DNA of 60,087 nt, the filler included, from Platydemus manokwari (taxonomy: Eukaryota), in the NCBI GenBank assembly GCA_037951405.1. It is 6 parts of 6 records of this genome, joined end to end, with 100 filler letters (N's around TTAATTAATTAA, not from the genome) between each part and the next. Parts side by side here need not be neighbours in the genome. Positions count along the whole stretch, not along the records: positions 19,683 to 29,147 come from JBBMOY011245875.1; positions 29,248 to 38,567 come from JBBMOY011265318.1; positions 38,668 to 49,585 come from JBBMOY011063299.1; 3 more parts are not named here. One strand, 5' to 3'. Below are positions 27,001 through 42,000 of this stretch, piece by piece (within the stretch, counting starts at the first letter, position 1; each line of letters opens with the position of its first letter). Below the pieces are notes generated by a model. It did no database searches, was not told where the DNA came from, and worked only from the letters and a program-made list of their open reading frames with translations. The translations under genes and the position numbers were made by a program.

Positions 27001-29147
27001 ATATCAAGTAACTTGAATTGTATTCATTCACTCTATTGTGTCGATAGATAAAAATAATAATATAACTAATAAGATTGAGAACTTTCATTTCAGATTTGTG
27101 AAAGTCAATATAAAAACATTATCATATGTGGTTCACCATCTCATCATACAAATAGTTGCACTTTGAGGCCAACGATCAGCAAACATATAGGTTATATTAC
27201 TTACATGTGGTAAAATGAACTCATATAGAGACTGATAAGACTTATATGGTGTTCAAATTATAATAGAAGGAACTGATAATTGATATAACACGATATTAGG
27301 ATTATTTGTAAGCTCATATTTGACTGACATCACTCATTAAATATTAAATCATACGAAAATCAAAACACTTTAGAAATCAATATCCTATCAGTTATAATCA
27401 ATTTCTGAAAATCAATACTACTTAAAACAATAGAAAAATGCAATTATGATAAAATGCGTTATACTATCCAATTGTTTTCATAAAATCTTTTGAAAGTGTG
27501 AATATCTCCATGGTGATATTAGGCACTTGAACACAAATACTGCTCAACCTCATTTATCAATATATCGATGAAAAAAAAGAGAATCGATTGATAAATAATA
27601 TTTTAACCGATTTGGAATTTTAAAACAAACTAGTAAAAAATAATTTTATAGAAAAACCATAACTTGTTTCAAAACATCCTTCAATGATATGATCCTATTG
27701 TAATTCTGATTTTATTGAACTTCATTTAATACAATATATAGAGATGATCGAATTCGGATTTACCAGTTTTATAAATCGAAGCTTTAAGCAATGAAAATTA
27801 TTTAAATGAATATTCATAAATATATCACTTAATTCTAACGTTTCTAAGGATACCAGTATTGGTCAGAAATATAAAACATTTGTGTGTGCGCATATAGGTG
27901 CGTGTGTGCATGTAAGTATACATGTAGTAGTGCGATGTTTAGATTTCGATTTCGAAACTCATTATTTATTATTTAAACAAATTTATGAATGCCAAGCAGT
28001 TCAAAGATAGAAGACATGCAAATTTTGATTCTTATTATCGATTTGATTTGTCATTATTTTTATTCAATTCTTGACATTCTTCGTTAAAGTATCACACAAA
28101 AATGATTGATAAATAAGATTTTAACAGCAATCAACCCAATTGACGCATTAATCGAATAACGATAATCGACATGCAACCCACCAATATCGACGATCAAATG
28201 AATCCGAGAAAGAATTATTCCACCAATCAATCTGATACGGCATGAAAGAAATTATCCCCGACAAAATTCTCCACGAATCAATTTAGTCATGGTTTGGTAG
28301 CAAATGCCAACTGGAAACCCGATTCCCATCAATAAATTTTCACCAATCGCAACGAATCGGATACAGTTTCTTCCCACACCGACCAACATTGATCAATTTA
28401 ATTTTCCACAAAACCACCGAAATCAAAAACAAAATGTCTCGCTCGATTAAAATATATTTTTGAAAAAAACACAAAAATCGAATAAGCTACAATACTAAAC
28501 TGATTTGAGCATAACTATGTCGACGAAAAATTTCATTGGATATAAAATTAAATAATTCAATCAATTGATCAATAATTAATCCTTATTTGGACTATAAACA
28601 AAATTTTCTTCCATAAAATAAACAGAATGCCTGCTGACATCAGAACCAATCGAGATAAATATTGCCAAAGTGATTGCTATTTTCAGCCATCCGAATGGAG
28701 CTTTATAAGGCTTGGGCAAAACTGAACCCACATTCTATCATATAATTACATGCAATGTTTAATAATATAAATTATCTTACTGAATACGCTCCAGGGTATT
28801 CATTATGATACAATTTATTGAACATTAAATTATGATGATTTATTCTCGAAAACAACTTATTCATAAGAAAAAAAAATTCACACAAATAATTATTTAATTT
28901 TTATTGTAATCAATTTTGATATCAAGTATTAAATTATTAATATATTTCGAAAATCTTTCTAAGTTACAGCTCAAATTACGCTCCGATGTCGGTTTACAAA
29001 TTAAAAGAAATGTTTCATTCTATAAAGTGTAAGTTTTATTAAGAAGTTTTATTATAAAAGATTTTATAGATAAATAAATGTTCAAGTAAGTACTTCAGTT
29101 CTGAAATAAAGAAATTTTCAATTATTTTAGATAAAGTGAATCATTAT

Positions 29148-29247
29148 NNNNNNNNNNNNNNNNNNNNNNNNNNNNNNNNNNNNNNNNNNNNTTAATTAAT
29201 TAANNNNNNNNNNNNNNNNNNNNNNNNNNNNNNNNNNNNNNNNNNNN
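29148..29247. other. Artificial assembly linker
   Basis: N44-TTAATTAATTAA-N44. Confidence 0.97.
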
Positions 29248-29473
29248 TTCCAGTGAAAAACATTTTAATGTTTTTTATTTATAAATATTTCAACAGATGT
29301 ACATGTAAAATTTAAATATTAATAAAGTTAAAATATCCATTCACCTTGCAATTTATTTGTTTAAGATATTATAAATATAACAAACATTTAAATTGGAAAT
29401 TAAATTTGAAATTTTTATTATCATTTTGATTTTTATTAATCATATTTGTATTGTTCGATCTTAACTGTAAAAC

Positions 29474-32400
29474 ATGGGCCAGACACTATCCGAACCGGTT
29501 ACATCGAAAGAAACAACTCAATATAGTAACAATGATTTGTTATATAGCTCTTCTTCTATGCAAGGATGGCGAATTCACATGGAAGATGCTCATACCGGAT
29601 ATTTAAATTTACCCACCGATAAATCAGCAGCTTATTTCGGGGTTTTCGATGGGCATGGTGGTATGAAAGTTGCCCAATATGCAGGCAATAATTTACACAA
29701 ATTATTAACAGTACAAAGCGAATACGGTAATATATTAATTATTAATTACAGTCAGTTGTATTTTTAATTTTTATTTGGAAATTTTTTATTATTTGAAATT
29801 ATTTAATGAATTTTGCACAGACAAGGGTGATTATCCGGAAGCGATTAGGAAATCATTTTTAGCTCTCGACCAAAACATGCTTGAAGATCGAGAGGTTCGA
29901 GATGAATTAGCCGGTTCTACTGGGATTATTATTTTAATTAAAGACAATTTAATATATTGTGGAAATGCCGGTGACAGCAGAGCAGTGGCATGCGTGGCTG
30001 GTCGGGCTATATCATTATCTTATGATCACAAACCCAGCATTCAGGCAGAACGAGAACGAATCATTTCCGCTGGAGGTTGGGTGGATTGGAATCGAGTCAA
30101 TGGCAATTTGGCCTTATCACGAGCATTGGGAGATTTTGTATTTAAAAAGAATTCGAAAAAACCACCCGAAGAGCAAATTGTGACAGGTTTTTATTAATTT
30201 AAATTTTGTTTTTCTTATTTTTTATAACATTTTCACAGCAAATCCTGATGTTATCGTTAAGGAAAAAACAGATGAATTTGAATTCATAGTCATGGCCTGT
30301 GATGGCATCTGGGACGTTCTGACGAATCAGGAAGTGGTTAATTTCATCAGACATCGTATCGCTAATGGTATGGATCCAACTCATGTTAGTATTCATCATT
30401 TTCATTGTTGAATTTGTCGAGGTTCCTCTTTGAATGATTGTCATATTTTTACCATAATATATTGAGAATTGACCAAACGTAACACCAGTTGCCAATTGGC
30501 CACAATTATTCACATTTACATTGTGGTTTTATCAGTTATTATCACGAATTTTGGCACGTGGTTTCGATTTTCGGACTTGATTTTGTGTTCTGCGTTCATA
30601 AAGCCATGAAAATAATTTTTAAATTGATAATTTGTTTAATATAAAATCTTCAATAATTGTGGAAATACGTTTGTAGGTGTGTTAATCGATTTCTGGTGTA
30701 TGCCGAATAGGATGATTTTGATTGGTCGATTTAATGTTATTATTGATGAATGTTTCAATGATATTAGATTTGGATTACCATGGATATTTTTGGTGCCAAA
30801 TGTTTGCACGTATCAATATTAATATCAATTTCCAAACATATTATTTACATTGTGTGTTTTAATATTCTTGTTGATATGGAAACCTTTATAAGTATATTCA
30901 ATTCGTCGCGGAACTCCATGTCATTGATCTTATTGTTAAAATTACATTTGAATAATACTTGTAAATATGTTGAAAAATAATTGATCGATGTCAATGCGAA
31001 ATCTGTGCTTGGTGGTTTCTGCACAAGATCTGACAAGTAATCAATAATGTCATCTTGGCGAAAAACTGTTAAAGATGCAATGCCTGTATTGTTCTTTTGT
31101 CTAACTGAAAATGAGTTGAGTACAAGTGGCTCACGATCTCTTTAGTTTACATTAAGAGGGGCCATGGGTTCCATCGATTATTGAATGAAAACCACTATAT
31201 GAATATCTATATAATTTGTTTATTCTAAATGGAATTTTATTCTTATTCCATATTAAAAAAAATTGCTCTAATATTTCTATAAGAAATTATTATTATATTA
31301 ATCATCAATTCCAGATTCAGATGGGTGTTTTGAAAATATTTTTACCGGATTAATAATTAATACAATTATCTGCTTGAACAGATAATAATAGAATGAATTT
31401 ATTTCTTTTTTAAAATCTTTTTTGTGTCATTTTTTTGAGTTTATAAAATTTCCCATTAATTTTATTTGTTTAAATCGACATATTAATTGCTTTATGCATC
31501 TGTTTTATTTTAATTTCTGATGACACTTTCCGATAGCAAGAATTTCATTTTTATCAAATATAATTTTGTTTAAAATTCCAATTAAGTCACCAGAAGGAAG
31601 ATAAATAAAGTTGGCGGTGAAATATTATTAACATAATAATTCTTTATTGATTTAGATAATATATGAAATAGTGTAATAATTGGGGAATATTATTGAAAAA
31701 TATTAATTTATATATTACACGTAGAATTTCCAACACTCGATAACAATTTTATTGATTAGAATTTCAATAAATGATGTGAGAATAACATTTCGTACATTTG
31801 GATGTGCTGATATGGAATTTACAACAGATTTAGATAAGTTTGTGCAGGTCCCGCTATATTATGTTGTCTACGTGGAGGGGTTGGCCCATTATAATTTCTT
31901 GGCATCCAATAACAATCTCAACGTAATTAAATATACTTTATCAGAATCCATGAAAATAAATAAATTATTAATTTTATAACAATTATATAACGTTGTTTCA
32001 AATATCTCATCAGCCGCCCATAAACTATAGTGATATCAATCAAGTTTACTAAAGATCTAAAATATTATTTTTATGTTTTCTATAAAATTAGTTCAAAAAC
32101 ACATTATATTGATTTGTCATTTTCTCCCACTATTCCTTTATCATTATAAAGATTAATCTGGATTTGTTAACTAATCCTGATATATTATTAATAATATTCA
32201 AATATAGATTATAAAATAGTTATTTGTTTGTGATTAATCAATATTTTGGCATTTGAGTTTATCAACAGGTTCAAGTAAACTGCATAATTTTTTTCATCAA
32301 CTCAGCCAGCCAAATTTATCTGCATTTATTAAATCGATTAAAAATTATTTAGTGTTATTAAACGAAATTACTAGCCACCTATAATTTATAAATGAATGAA

Positions 32401-35400
32401 TATTTGATTAGGATAATATTGACATATCGAAAGGAATGTAAATGGTTCTGACCTATAAATATGATGAGGCGTGGGTCTGACTGGTATTATATGTATTTTT
32501 TTATTCTATAATTTGAATAAAATACATTTTTATTTAATTAATTGTTATGAGATATGACAAGCAAACTTTTCATTTTTATTAATTTATGTTCTTTGAACGT
32601 CAATTTTTACGTCACAATAATAAAATTATGATAAAGGTCGTAATTACAATTGAGTGAAAATTTTCGACTGTACTTTTCTATTTTTTTTATTGTTTTATAA
32701 AATAAAATATTTTGAAAAAATGAATTTTAATTAGACCTTGACAAAATCAAATTTTCTTAAATTTTCTTAAGATCTACTAAATTATCAATTAATACCATTA
32801 ATTTTGTTGTTAAAGATAAAATTTAGATGATAGAATTCTCAAGCTTCACATCTTACAATATCTATATATTCACATTTCATCTTTATTTTAATGCATTATA
32901 TAATTGATATCGAATTTTCTGATTTTTAATAAATCCATATTTTATTTGTCTGATGAAAATAAGCTTTTCTTATCTGCCTGTATCACATGTGTATCTGTTC
33001 TGTTTGACCAAAATCAATTTTATGCTATTTTATACTGATTTTCGTTAATCAAAACAAATTTGCATGATTAGTGTGATTACCCAATTTTAAGGAACATTTG
33101 TCAAACACATTAACCACACCTGCAAGGTATAAGTGTGCATTTTATGAACTCCATTATCTTTTGAAAAATCTGAACGTCTGACTATAAGTACTTTTGTTGT
33201 AAAAACTTCAAATATACCGCATCAGTGTTGCCATTTCTCATTAAGTAAGTCGTGAAGAATGTCCTTGAATGTTCACATTCAAAACTTAACAATTCTCTTT
33301 TCGTCTGGCACATTCACAATCGATAATTGTTGTGAAATATATTTTAATCAATCAATGATCGAAAATGAAGAACATCGATGAAAACGAGAAAATGAGTTGA
33401 TGTATATATGTGACTCGAAAATTGTCCCAACTCTGACTCCGACCCCTTGAACTTGTTTAAAACTATAATATATTTATTTTCTAATAAAACACTTAAAATA
33501 CGATAGCAGCTTTGGTATATGAATAATTTCAATAATTGGGAATATGATGATGATTAATTTAAGGAAAATTTATTTTGAAAGTCATCTGAAAACAGCGCTA
33601 TCGATTATAGATGTGATGCGAGAATTTTTATGAAAACATTAAGAAGATTTTTTTATTTCGGGTATTCATTGTTTGTGATGATAAATAAAATCATTGTCTA
33701 GTTTTTCATCAAAATTATCTTGAGAAAACAAATGATGTGACTTGACTAAACAATAATAATTCATTATATTCAGATGGTTTATTGTTGTCTTTATCTGTTG
33801 ATTAAAGTCTATTATTATTGGTGAGTTCTGATATCTGCCTAGAATTATAAAATCATTGAACTTTGAACCCGATAATTTTCTAATTTTTTTTGTTGATCTG
33901 GTTATGTTTTTGTGAAATAGTTTTCAATCCCATCATTAGATTAGATTGCTTAGTTATAGATAAATTATAATTGATATACCAATTGGCTTCTAATATAGAT
34001 CTATCAAAGTTAATTTATCAGTTTTAAAGTTTTATTCCTGAAAGCTTCTAATCAAACATTGTGATTCCTAATTTTTGGATTATATAAAAAAAATGAAGTA
34101 TTTTTAATGCTGATTTATTTGCTGTCATTTACACGTGAATGTCAGTTAATATTTAATATTGTGAAAGATATTCAAACGCAATGGAATTTTAAATCACAAA
34201 TATTGTTCTTACATATTATTTAATATTTTTCACATTTATTCTCAATATATTTCAAATGAAGTGAGAACGTCTTAAAATTTGAATCAGTATGTCATTTATC
34301 ATTAGGAATGGATTCTGATATACTACACTTGTTGTTGTCATAGAGTTTTTATTATCATTAAGTTGTGAAAATATCCTCAGTGTGTTGTTATTATGAGATA
34401 TATGATGTTGAGAATATCGGTGAATAATAATTTTGGTAAGACAATTATTTGTGATTTTGGATTTGAGTCTGTGTGATAATGATGATATTGCATCGAAATA
34501 GATATATTATCTAACAAATTTAACCTTATAAGAAAATTAATTTTTTTATTGAATTTAAGGCTGTTTTTCACGGAGTTCGAATGTAAATGAAGTTTGTTTT
34601 CAAAGAATTTGACGGATTTTCCATCTATATACAAACATTTTTCATGAATTTGTATTTGAAAATATATCATGAAGCTAAATGGCTTTGTTGCATAAATCTA
34701 ATTCTTTAATCAATATTACAAAGATATATAGGAGCCGGCAAAAAAGATTTCGTTTTTATCAATAAGAAAATATCTGGAGATAAAAGTTAAAATTTTCTAG
34801 GTAGATCATTAACAAGACTGGAAAGTTCAAGATTTAAATTTAAATAAATCGATTAGAGTTGGTTAAATGATTTAGCCTGAAAGATGAAAGCAAAGCAATG
34901 CTACATAAATTTCTTCTTTTCAACTTTAACAGGAAACAACTTTTCGGCTACCGAAACCCATCACTTTATTATATGCATTTATATATTGATTATATTCAAT
35001 AATTTCATATATTGCTACACTAATTTAATCCTGCTCTCTAAATATTCTCATCATATGACTCTTTCAAAGTTATCATTATATTGCACTTTCATATTATGAT
35101 ATTAGATAGTAAAAGTATTTTGTCGAAAATTTTATGCTTCAGTTAAAAATTCATTAATTTGTTTCGTATTTATGAAATATCAAAAATGAAATACTTTGGA
35201 TAGGATTTTTGACTTTCTCTTCAATTTCGTATGACGCTATATATAATCAGATGAACTTGAACTGGAAAATGTACGATTGTTTTGTTAAGTCGAGTTAGTC
35301 CATATGAATTTGGTTTACAGATGGGATATTTTGTTAATATGAAGTTTTTCACTGAAACAAAAAATGTGCATTTTCGATTATAAAATGTGATAACATCTAT

Positions 35401-36902
35401 CTCTATTGAATTTGTTAGTTTTGCTAAATATCTTGTTTCAATATCGAGGTAATGTTTTGTTCATTTCATTTCACATAATCTGTCTTTGTTGTCTACACTT
35501 TACATATTGATCTGAATATAAATATGGTTTGAATATAACAATAATAATAATTATTATTATTATTATACGTTCAGAAAATTAACCTGTTAAACAAATTTCT
35601 TTATGATTTAGTTTTAAAAATTCTTATTAATAATAATAACATTATTATTAAAACTATTAATTATAAAAATAATAATATTAGTAATAATTCGTCATAAGGT
35701 ATTACACTCATTGTCTGATTATTGTTTATTTTATTTGGATGTTTTATGACTAGGTTATTCATCCATTAAATACGATTTATATTAAATATCATAATTATTA
35801 AGGCATTATTTAACTTTTTAATGTTTTGTTAATATTTTACAATGTCGGTTTTAAAAAAACATTTTGCCATTTTCTTTCAAACGATGTCATTTCTTTACAA
35901 ATTTAATCAACAATAAAATTATCCATTCTCATGCCAATAATTTAATTATCGTATTTCTATTTGTTTTCTCATGGTTGATTGATTATTATTATCAACCATA
36001 TCGATGGATTTGAATTTTTTGTAACTTGTCTTGACAAGTAACAGTTTGATATGCAATTTAATTCAATGAAACCATCTATTGAATTATATAAATAATATTT
36101 GAGATATATTTTGTGAAAATATTTGAAAATATATTCAAATATAACCACAACAACTGAAATTGAATTCATCTTTGATGAATGATTTGAAACTCATTCCAAT
36201 TATTTTCAAGATTAAAAGTGATTGTTTTGCTTTGATTTCGGTAACAGCATCTCCGGGAAATGGCTTCATAGGCACTTGGTTTTGTCAAATAATCAGCTGC
36301 CTTAATTTTATATCAATTATTATAATTGTTTTGTATTTCATTTCACACTTGGAGTCTCAAAAATCGGAAATATTATCTCAAATGTTTTGTTATTTTAAAT
36401 GTGATAACTTCAATTTTCGATATTCACCCATGATACTTCACGAAGCTGTAATTTTGCTATTTAGGTTTGTTTTAATTTATGAGCACGAAAGCCATAATTT
36501 ATGCATTATATGAAGGCTTTTTATTTTTTTCTCCAGTTAAAAATTATCATAATTAAATCTAATACAATTTATTCACAGTAGCAGACTTGATAAGCCACTT
36601 CTTGGCCTTCAGTAGATGTGTTTGGCTTTTAAAATTTCTGGGTTCATCTTGTGGTTATTTAAAAATATTTTCAAAATTGATTGGTTTTTGTTTCATTTTA
36701 GATTTGTGAAGAATTGATGATGCGTTGTTTGGCACCAGATTGTCAAAACAGTGGTTTAGGATGCGACAATATGACAGTTTTATTGATTTGTTTCCTTAAT
36801 GATCAGCCTTACGAATCATTACAACAGCGTTGTTCAATAAATCCTTACACAAATTGTACAAATAATGAAATTCTTGAAGAATCGTTTGGTGCTCTTGAAT
36901 AG
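29474..36902 (+). CDS. Protein phosphatase 2C (PPM family, Ptc2/Ptc3/ppm-2-like), 321 aa. Exons 29474-29726, 29821-30186, 30239-30384, 36702-36902
   Basis: Exon lengths 253+366+146+201 = 966 nt, in frame with GT-AG introns. Motifs: MGQTLSEPV (myristoylation-type N-terminus), [62 protein letters not shown]. Confidence 0.97.
30430..31175 (-). mobile_element. Possible decayed gag-like fragment antisense in PP2C intron 3
   Basis: A ~110-codon minus-strand frame with one internal stop ([16 protein letters not shown]...ILKHTM*), then Asn/Gln-rich sequence and a frameshifted C-N-N-C-G-Q-L zinc-knuckle-like motif near 30495-30520. Confidence 0.3.
32910..33440 (-). mobile_element. Decayed Penelope-like element C-terminal fragment (post-RT region plus GIY-YIG endonuclease) in PP2C intron 3
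   Basis: In order on the minus strand: YINSFS; E..H...LMRNG (NGYP-like); NGVHK..IPCRCG*CV*Q (GVYxIPCxCGxYxGQT-like, 33100-33155); [11 protein letters not shown]...RQIRKAYF (HxIDF..R.I.Ea-like). Confidence 0.55.
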
Positions 36903-38481
36903 AGGAGGAGATATTTGTTCCAATTTGTAATTGTGTTCTTGTTATACTAATGTTTTTTGGACAATAATTTGATATACATATATATAATTTATTATTTGTG
37001 TTTTTTTGTTTTAAAAATATCATTTCATTACCCCGACATTTGATATTGAATAATGATGAGAAACGTGCGTGTCTTTTCAGTGAAATTGTGCAATTATCGA
37101 TTGGTTTTTGGTACTCTATTGTGATTATTTGTATATTTAAAAGAGATGGAATTTTTTTATTTGTCAAATAAATGAACATTAGCTTAGAGAAAAGGATGGA
37201 ATGTTGTCCACGTTTTTGACGTTAAAATAATATCTCAGATTGACATATTTGTATACACTAGTTTGATATATATATATAAATCGTTCAATGAAATTTTGTA
37301 CATGGATTTGTGAGCGTTTTGTAGTATTGTATTGAATAATTTATCATTGATGAGATTTATCGTGATTCTCATTTCTATGGTATGTGTATTGTAGCGTTTA
37401 TTTTTTTTATCTATGATTTATTCTTGTATTCAAACGAAAATTGAAATCATTGCAATCACTATCTATTTTCCGACAATCAAATATTAATCAGTATTTCTTA
37501 TGCTTTTTATACTTTTCTTGATTTTTAACAGCTGTTGTTCATATTAAAAGATGGCTTTTACGAAAATATTGGAAAGATTTGTCTAATACTAAAAATATAA
37601 AGAAAAACTTTTATTTATATATAATATCATTTTTTTAATAAGTCAAATTAGTTACTACATAAATATAATGATAAATTGTATTATATCTTATACAGATAAA
37701 CACATAAATACTAGCTCGTAAATATTTTACAAACACACCCAACTATAATTGATGAGTTTCAATAATATTATTAAAGTTTTTATTCAATTTGGCCATAAAA
37801 AATAGTTAAAATATAAATTACAATTACAAAACTTCAGGTTCATTATGTATGAGATCATGAAAATGATATTTGAGCGGATATTTCTTAATGTTAATTTCTT
37901 ATATGTTAATTTGAAAAATCATATTTCTCACTGAACTTACAAAGCCATTGAAATACCACTTTTGGTTTGGTTTTTTGTGTTATCTTGTAACCTAGCAAAT
38001 ATTTATGTCATATTTTATTTCTTTGAATATGATCTGATAATTGGTACTTATAAACTATTGAATATATTGTTTAATTAAATTTCATCTATATTCACGTCAT
38101 CTTCAATAACTGATGCTTTGACAATAATAATAATAATAATAATAAAATCTATAATTATGATATATAAATTATTATTTTTCACTTCTCCTTACGCATTATA
38201 TATTGTAAAGCAGGAAATATTTACGTCATGCTTGAATTCTTTATGTACAATTATATAATTGGCACTTAAACACTCGTAAATATATTGTTTTGTTAAATGT
38301 AATTAATATTCATGTGATGTACTTAAATTGATCCATCAGAAGATTACGTTATTTTATTATAATTAAATATTATTAAATATTAATAATAATTAAATATTAA
38401 TAAGTTTTTATAAATAATAATAATAATAGCAATAATAATAATATTTGAGACTAAAGATAAGAATTAATGAGTTATTTAGAC

Positions 38482-38567
38482 CAGGGGTGGCCAACCAGTC
38501 GATCTTGAAGCCAATTTTAGTCGATCGCGTGAGACGTTATTCAAATGAAAAGTCGATCCTACGTACA
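38482..38567 (+). mobile_element. hAT (Charlie/Buster-type) transposon terminus running into a gap
   Basis: CAGGGGTGGCCAAC preceded by ATTTAGAC (nnnTAnnn), with three subterminal AGTCGATC repeats. Confidence 0.7.
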
Positions 38568-38667
38568 NNNNNNNNNNNNNNNNNNNNNNNNNNNNNNNNN
38601 NNNNNNNNNNNTTAATTAATTAANNNNNNNNNNNNNNNNNNNNNNNNNNNNNNNNNNNNNNNNNNNN
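38568..38667. other. Artificial assembly linker
   Basis: N44-TTAATTAATTAA-N44. Confidence 0.97.
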
Positions 38668-39031
38668 GGTTTCTTTGTAGTCTTTAATTTTTATAAACAG
38701 CTTAATAGAATTTTACTCTTCTACCGTATCTACTTTAATTATGCTAGTAATTTCTGCCCTTTAATTTATTCATTTATCAGTAATAGGTACATTTAAAATC
38801 CTTAATAAATTATGAGAAACAGGAAAAATAATTTTGGTATTTTGATATTAATTTTCACTTTAGTTTATTTTTAAAAGGATTTCGGATAAATTACTCTGAT
38901 GATTTCATAAATACAATTTTGCAGTGAAAATTTGACATGAAACAACACTTCTCTTCTAGTGCCAGTTTTATTAATAATAATAATTTTATTTGAGTATTGA
39001 ACGATATCATTATTTATTTATGACATTTCAG

Positions 39032-42000
39032 TATTATCAAAGAGTTACAGTGGTCCAGAAAGTATTCCACAACTAACTTACGAAGTAATCCGATAAAAAT
39101 TATTTGCACTTTTATCATTTGTAGTCAGAGAATTATCGTGATAATGAAAATAGTTTTAATGAAGCTAGGAGTAGTGTTGAAGACCATGTGATATCAATTG
39201 ATTCGGAATATCCTATCAACAGAAGTCCTCCTACTCCAGATTTACGGAAAGCAGAGTTGGATTCAAATGACATATCTGAAGGAATTCGAGTGTTAATTGT
39301 TCAGCAGAATTATTTGCGAGCTGGTATAATTCAATTAGCCAATAAGGAAGGTTGTAATTGGCATGGTGTTTTTCTGTAATTTATTTTTCCAAATTTGTTA
39401 GACGATGATCAAAAATTATGGCAAGTGAAATTAGATGGTGACAGAAAATGCCAGGACATTGTAATATCAGAGTGGCAGCTACTTGAACAAGGAGTAAGAG
39501 AAGTAATTCCAACTTCAATCCATCAGTTAACTCAAGGAGCAAGAGTTTGTGCAAATTGGAGTGTTCAGTTACCTTTAAATCTTTATCCTGGAACTATATC
39601 CCGTAGTAAAATGAGTAAGCTAATTCGTTTAAATTTAATATTATCCGATTGTTTATTCATAATTTGTTTGTAATATAATACCATATAATAATGAAGAAAT
39701 GGTTTTGTTACTATTACCGCTTATGAATTCGTTTCGGTTTTTTGGTATTATTGAGTTATATTATTGTATCATTGAAATTACGTAATAGGTTGTCTAATTA
39801 AAAACAATAAATATCCTTGTATTTCAAGGAACGATTAAGCTTTTGAATAACTCTATTTCTGTGAAAATATTAAATAAGCACCTATCTGAATAGATAATAT
39901 ATTTAATATTTATATTAGGTAAGGTTACTTGACTTCATATTAAAATATCTGTATAGCATAACGATTTAACATCAAGGGCCATGAGTCAGAGTTTGTACAT
40001 TTCTTCGGTAAAAATAGTTGGATTTCAATCTATGTTGTTTCTGTTAGCCGGTTGTGTATTTGAAATCGAATTATTTTTATCCTCACCATAAGAGATTTGT
40101 TAATGAATCAGTTTTTTAAACTAATTTATTGGTTATTTTTAATAAGTAATATTATTTCATACACCCAAAATAAATATATTCCTATCATTGCTTAAATCCT
40201 GTATTCAGTGCTGTTTCATAAGTATGTGGAACATTTTCCTCTTCAAAATATCTTATATCTTGTGAATATCGTGAATATCATCAATTTTTCTGAAAAGTTA
40301 TTCCATGGTTGATATGTTAATTTGCATAAAATATGCCATGTAAGATATTATTTAGAAACTAAAAATCTATGAAAATATGATGTTGAGATTGCAATAGAAA
40401 ACTAGTAGATAGCACATAACAATTGTTCAGCAGTCTTTGATAATTGATGATACATTTCAGTGTTTTATTTTTAGATATTACTTAATAAAATTGCTTTTCT
40501 CCGTGCTTACAACAAACTTTGATGCTCTATTAATTGCAGAAGATCACTTGCAGTTAATTTGGACTTTACTAAAGTTGAAATTTAACATATAAGGAAACAG
40601 TAATGGAAATTTAAAGGCTACTTGATGAAAAATATATTCACACTAATACCATTTTTTTGCGGATGGTTTATAATAAATTTATCTCTCGAAAACCTGAGTT
40701 TGAGAGTGAACAAATTGCTTTTAATTTCACGTGTTTTCCTGACAAAATAGCACGTTGGTTATGTAAGAAAAGTGATTTCTTTAATATCACATGGTTTATG
40801 TTTGTGAATATTTTATTGATATATTTTCTATCTCTTGTTCGTTTCCATTCTCTTTCTTTCTCGCTTTTTTCTCGTGACTATATTTATGTGAATTTTACAA
40901 TAAATTAATATTTGAGTATTTTTTATTGAATATACTTTTATGGTTTGAAGGTTTTAGCTTTACTTTCGATTCTTATTTATGATATAAAGTATAAAGTTCA
41001 GCTTATCATTGTGTCCTTAAACATTTCAGTCTATGATTGACTTTTAACAATCCTGTATTTCATTTTAGCTTCAATAATTCACAATTTACCTATAAAAATG
41101 ATCTCGAGAAGATGTAATTTCTTTGGAATATTATTTGGAATTATATTTCGAAATTATTTGTATCCATATGAATCAATCATTAACAAATATTCATGTCCGT
41201 GTAAAAGTATTATTTTATGTTCGAAATTTTATAGAGAAACCCATAAATACATGTTTTTCTATAATGCAGCGATCCATGAATTTATTTGCTTGAAATTGTA
41301 TTATTTCTAATAAATCTATAATGATTTGTTTTCAATCTAAATTTCTTATTCGTTTTTTGTAAAAGAAAGTTTATTTTTAGATCAGGTTTCCAATTCCAAT
41401 ACTCTTCCCATTGATTTTGATGATGGAGATCACAAAGAAATAGACTTGAAACAAGTTCGATTATTGCCAGAAAACTTTCCAAATCTCCACGAATTAATAA
41501 AAACATCAGATCTAACAGTAACCAATTTCTACACTTCTGACAGAAAGATTCGAGTGAGAAACAAAATCTATGCAAAACCCGCAAAATCGGTTTCCATGGA
41601 TGCAAACAATAACGGTTATAAATAGAAACTTGACCTAATTATTTTTACTAATATTTACAGGAATCAATGAAGATTATGATGATAAAAAATCTTTAAAACA
41701 ATCGAAAAAGCGTAAACTAACAGTTCACTGGAAACTATGTAAAAATGTAATGAAACATTAGCATTGAGTTGAAATGAAATATTATGACTTTGAAATGTGT
41801 TTTTTTTTAATTTCCAGAAATGTTCCAGTCAAAACTCAATTCAAGCATTTCAATTTGTCCGAAATATTGACAATCTTTGTGTGACAATTGGTGACAATGT
41901 CCAATTATTGTCATATTCAAAAGGCATTTATTTGGCTAATATCATTAAAATATTAACCAAACGTCAAAGTTCGATAATGGAAGTCGAATTTAATTGGTAT

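Noticed and set aside
27090-27420. Second Penelope GIY-YIG relic (TCGKM...)
   Set aside because: Only one short motif; too decayed to call.
31985-32020. Hammerhead-like core on the minus strand (CTGATGA-gatattt-GAAAC)
   Set aside because: Stem II is weak and stem I cannot pair.
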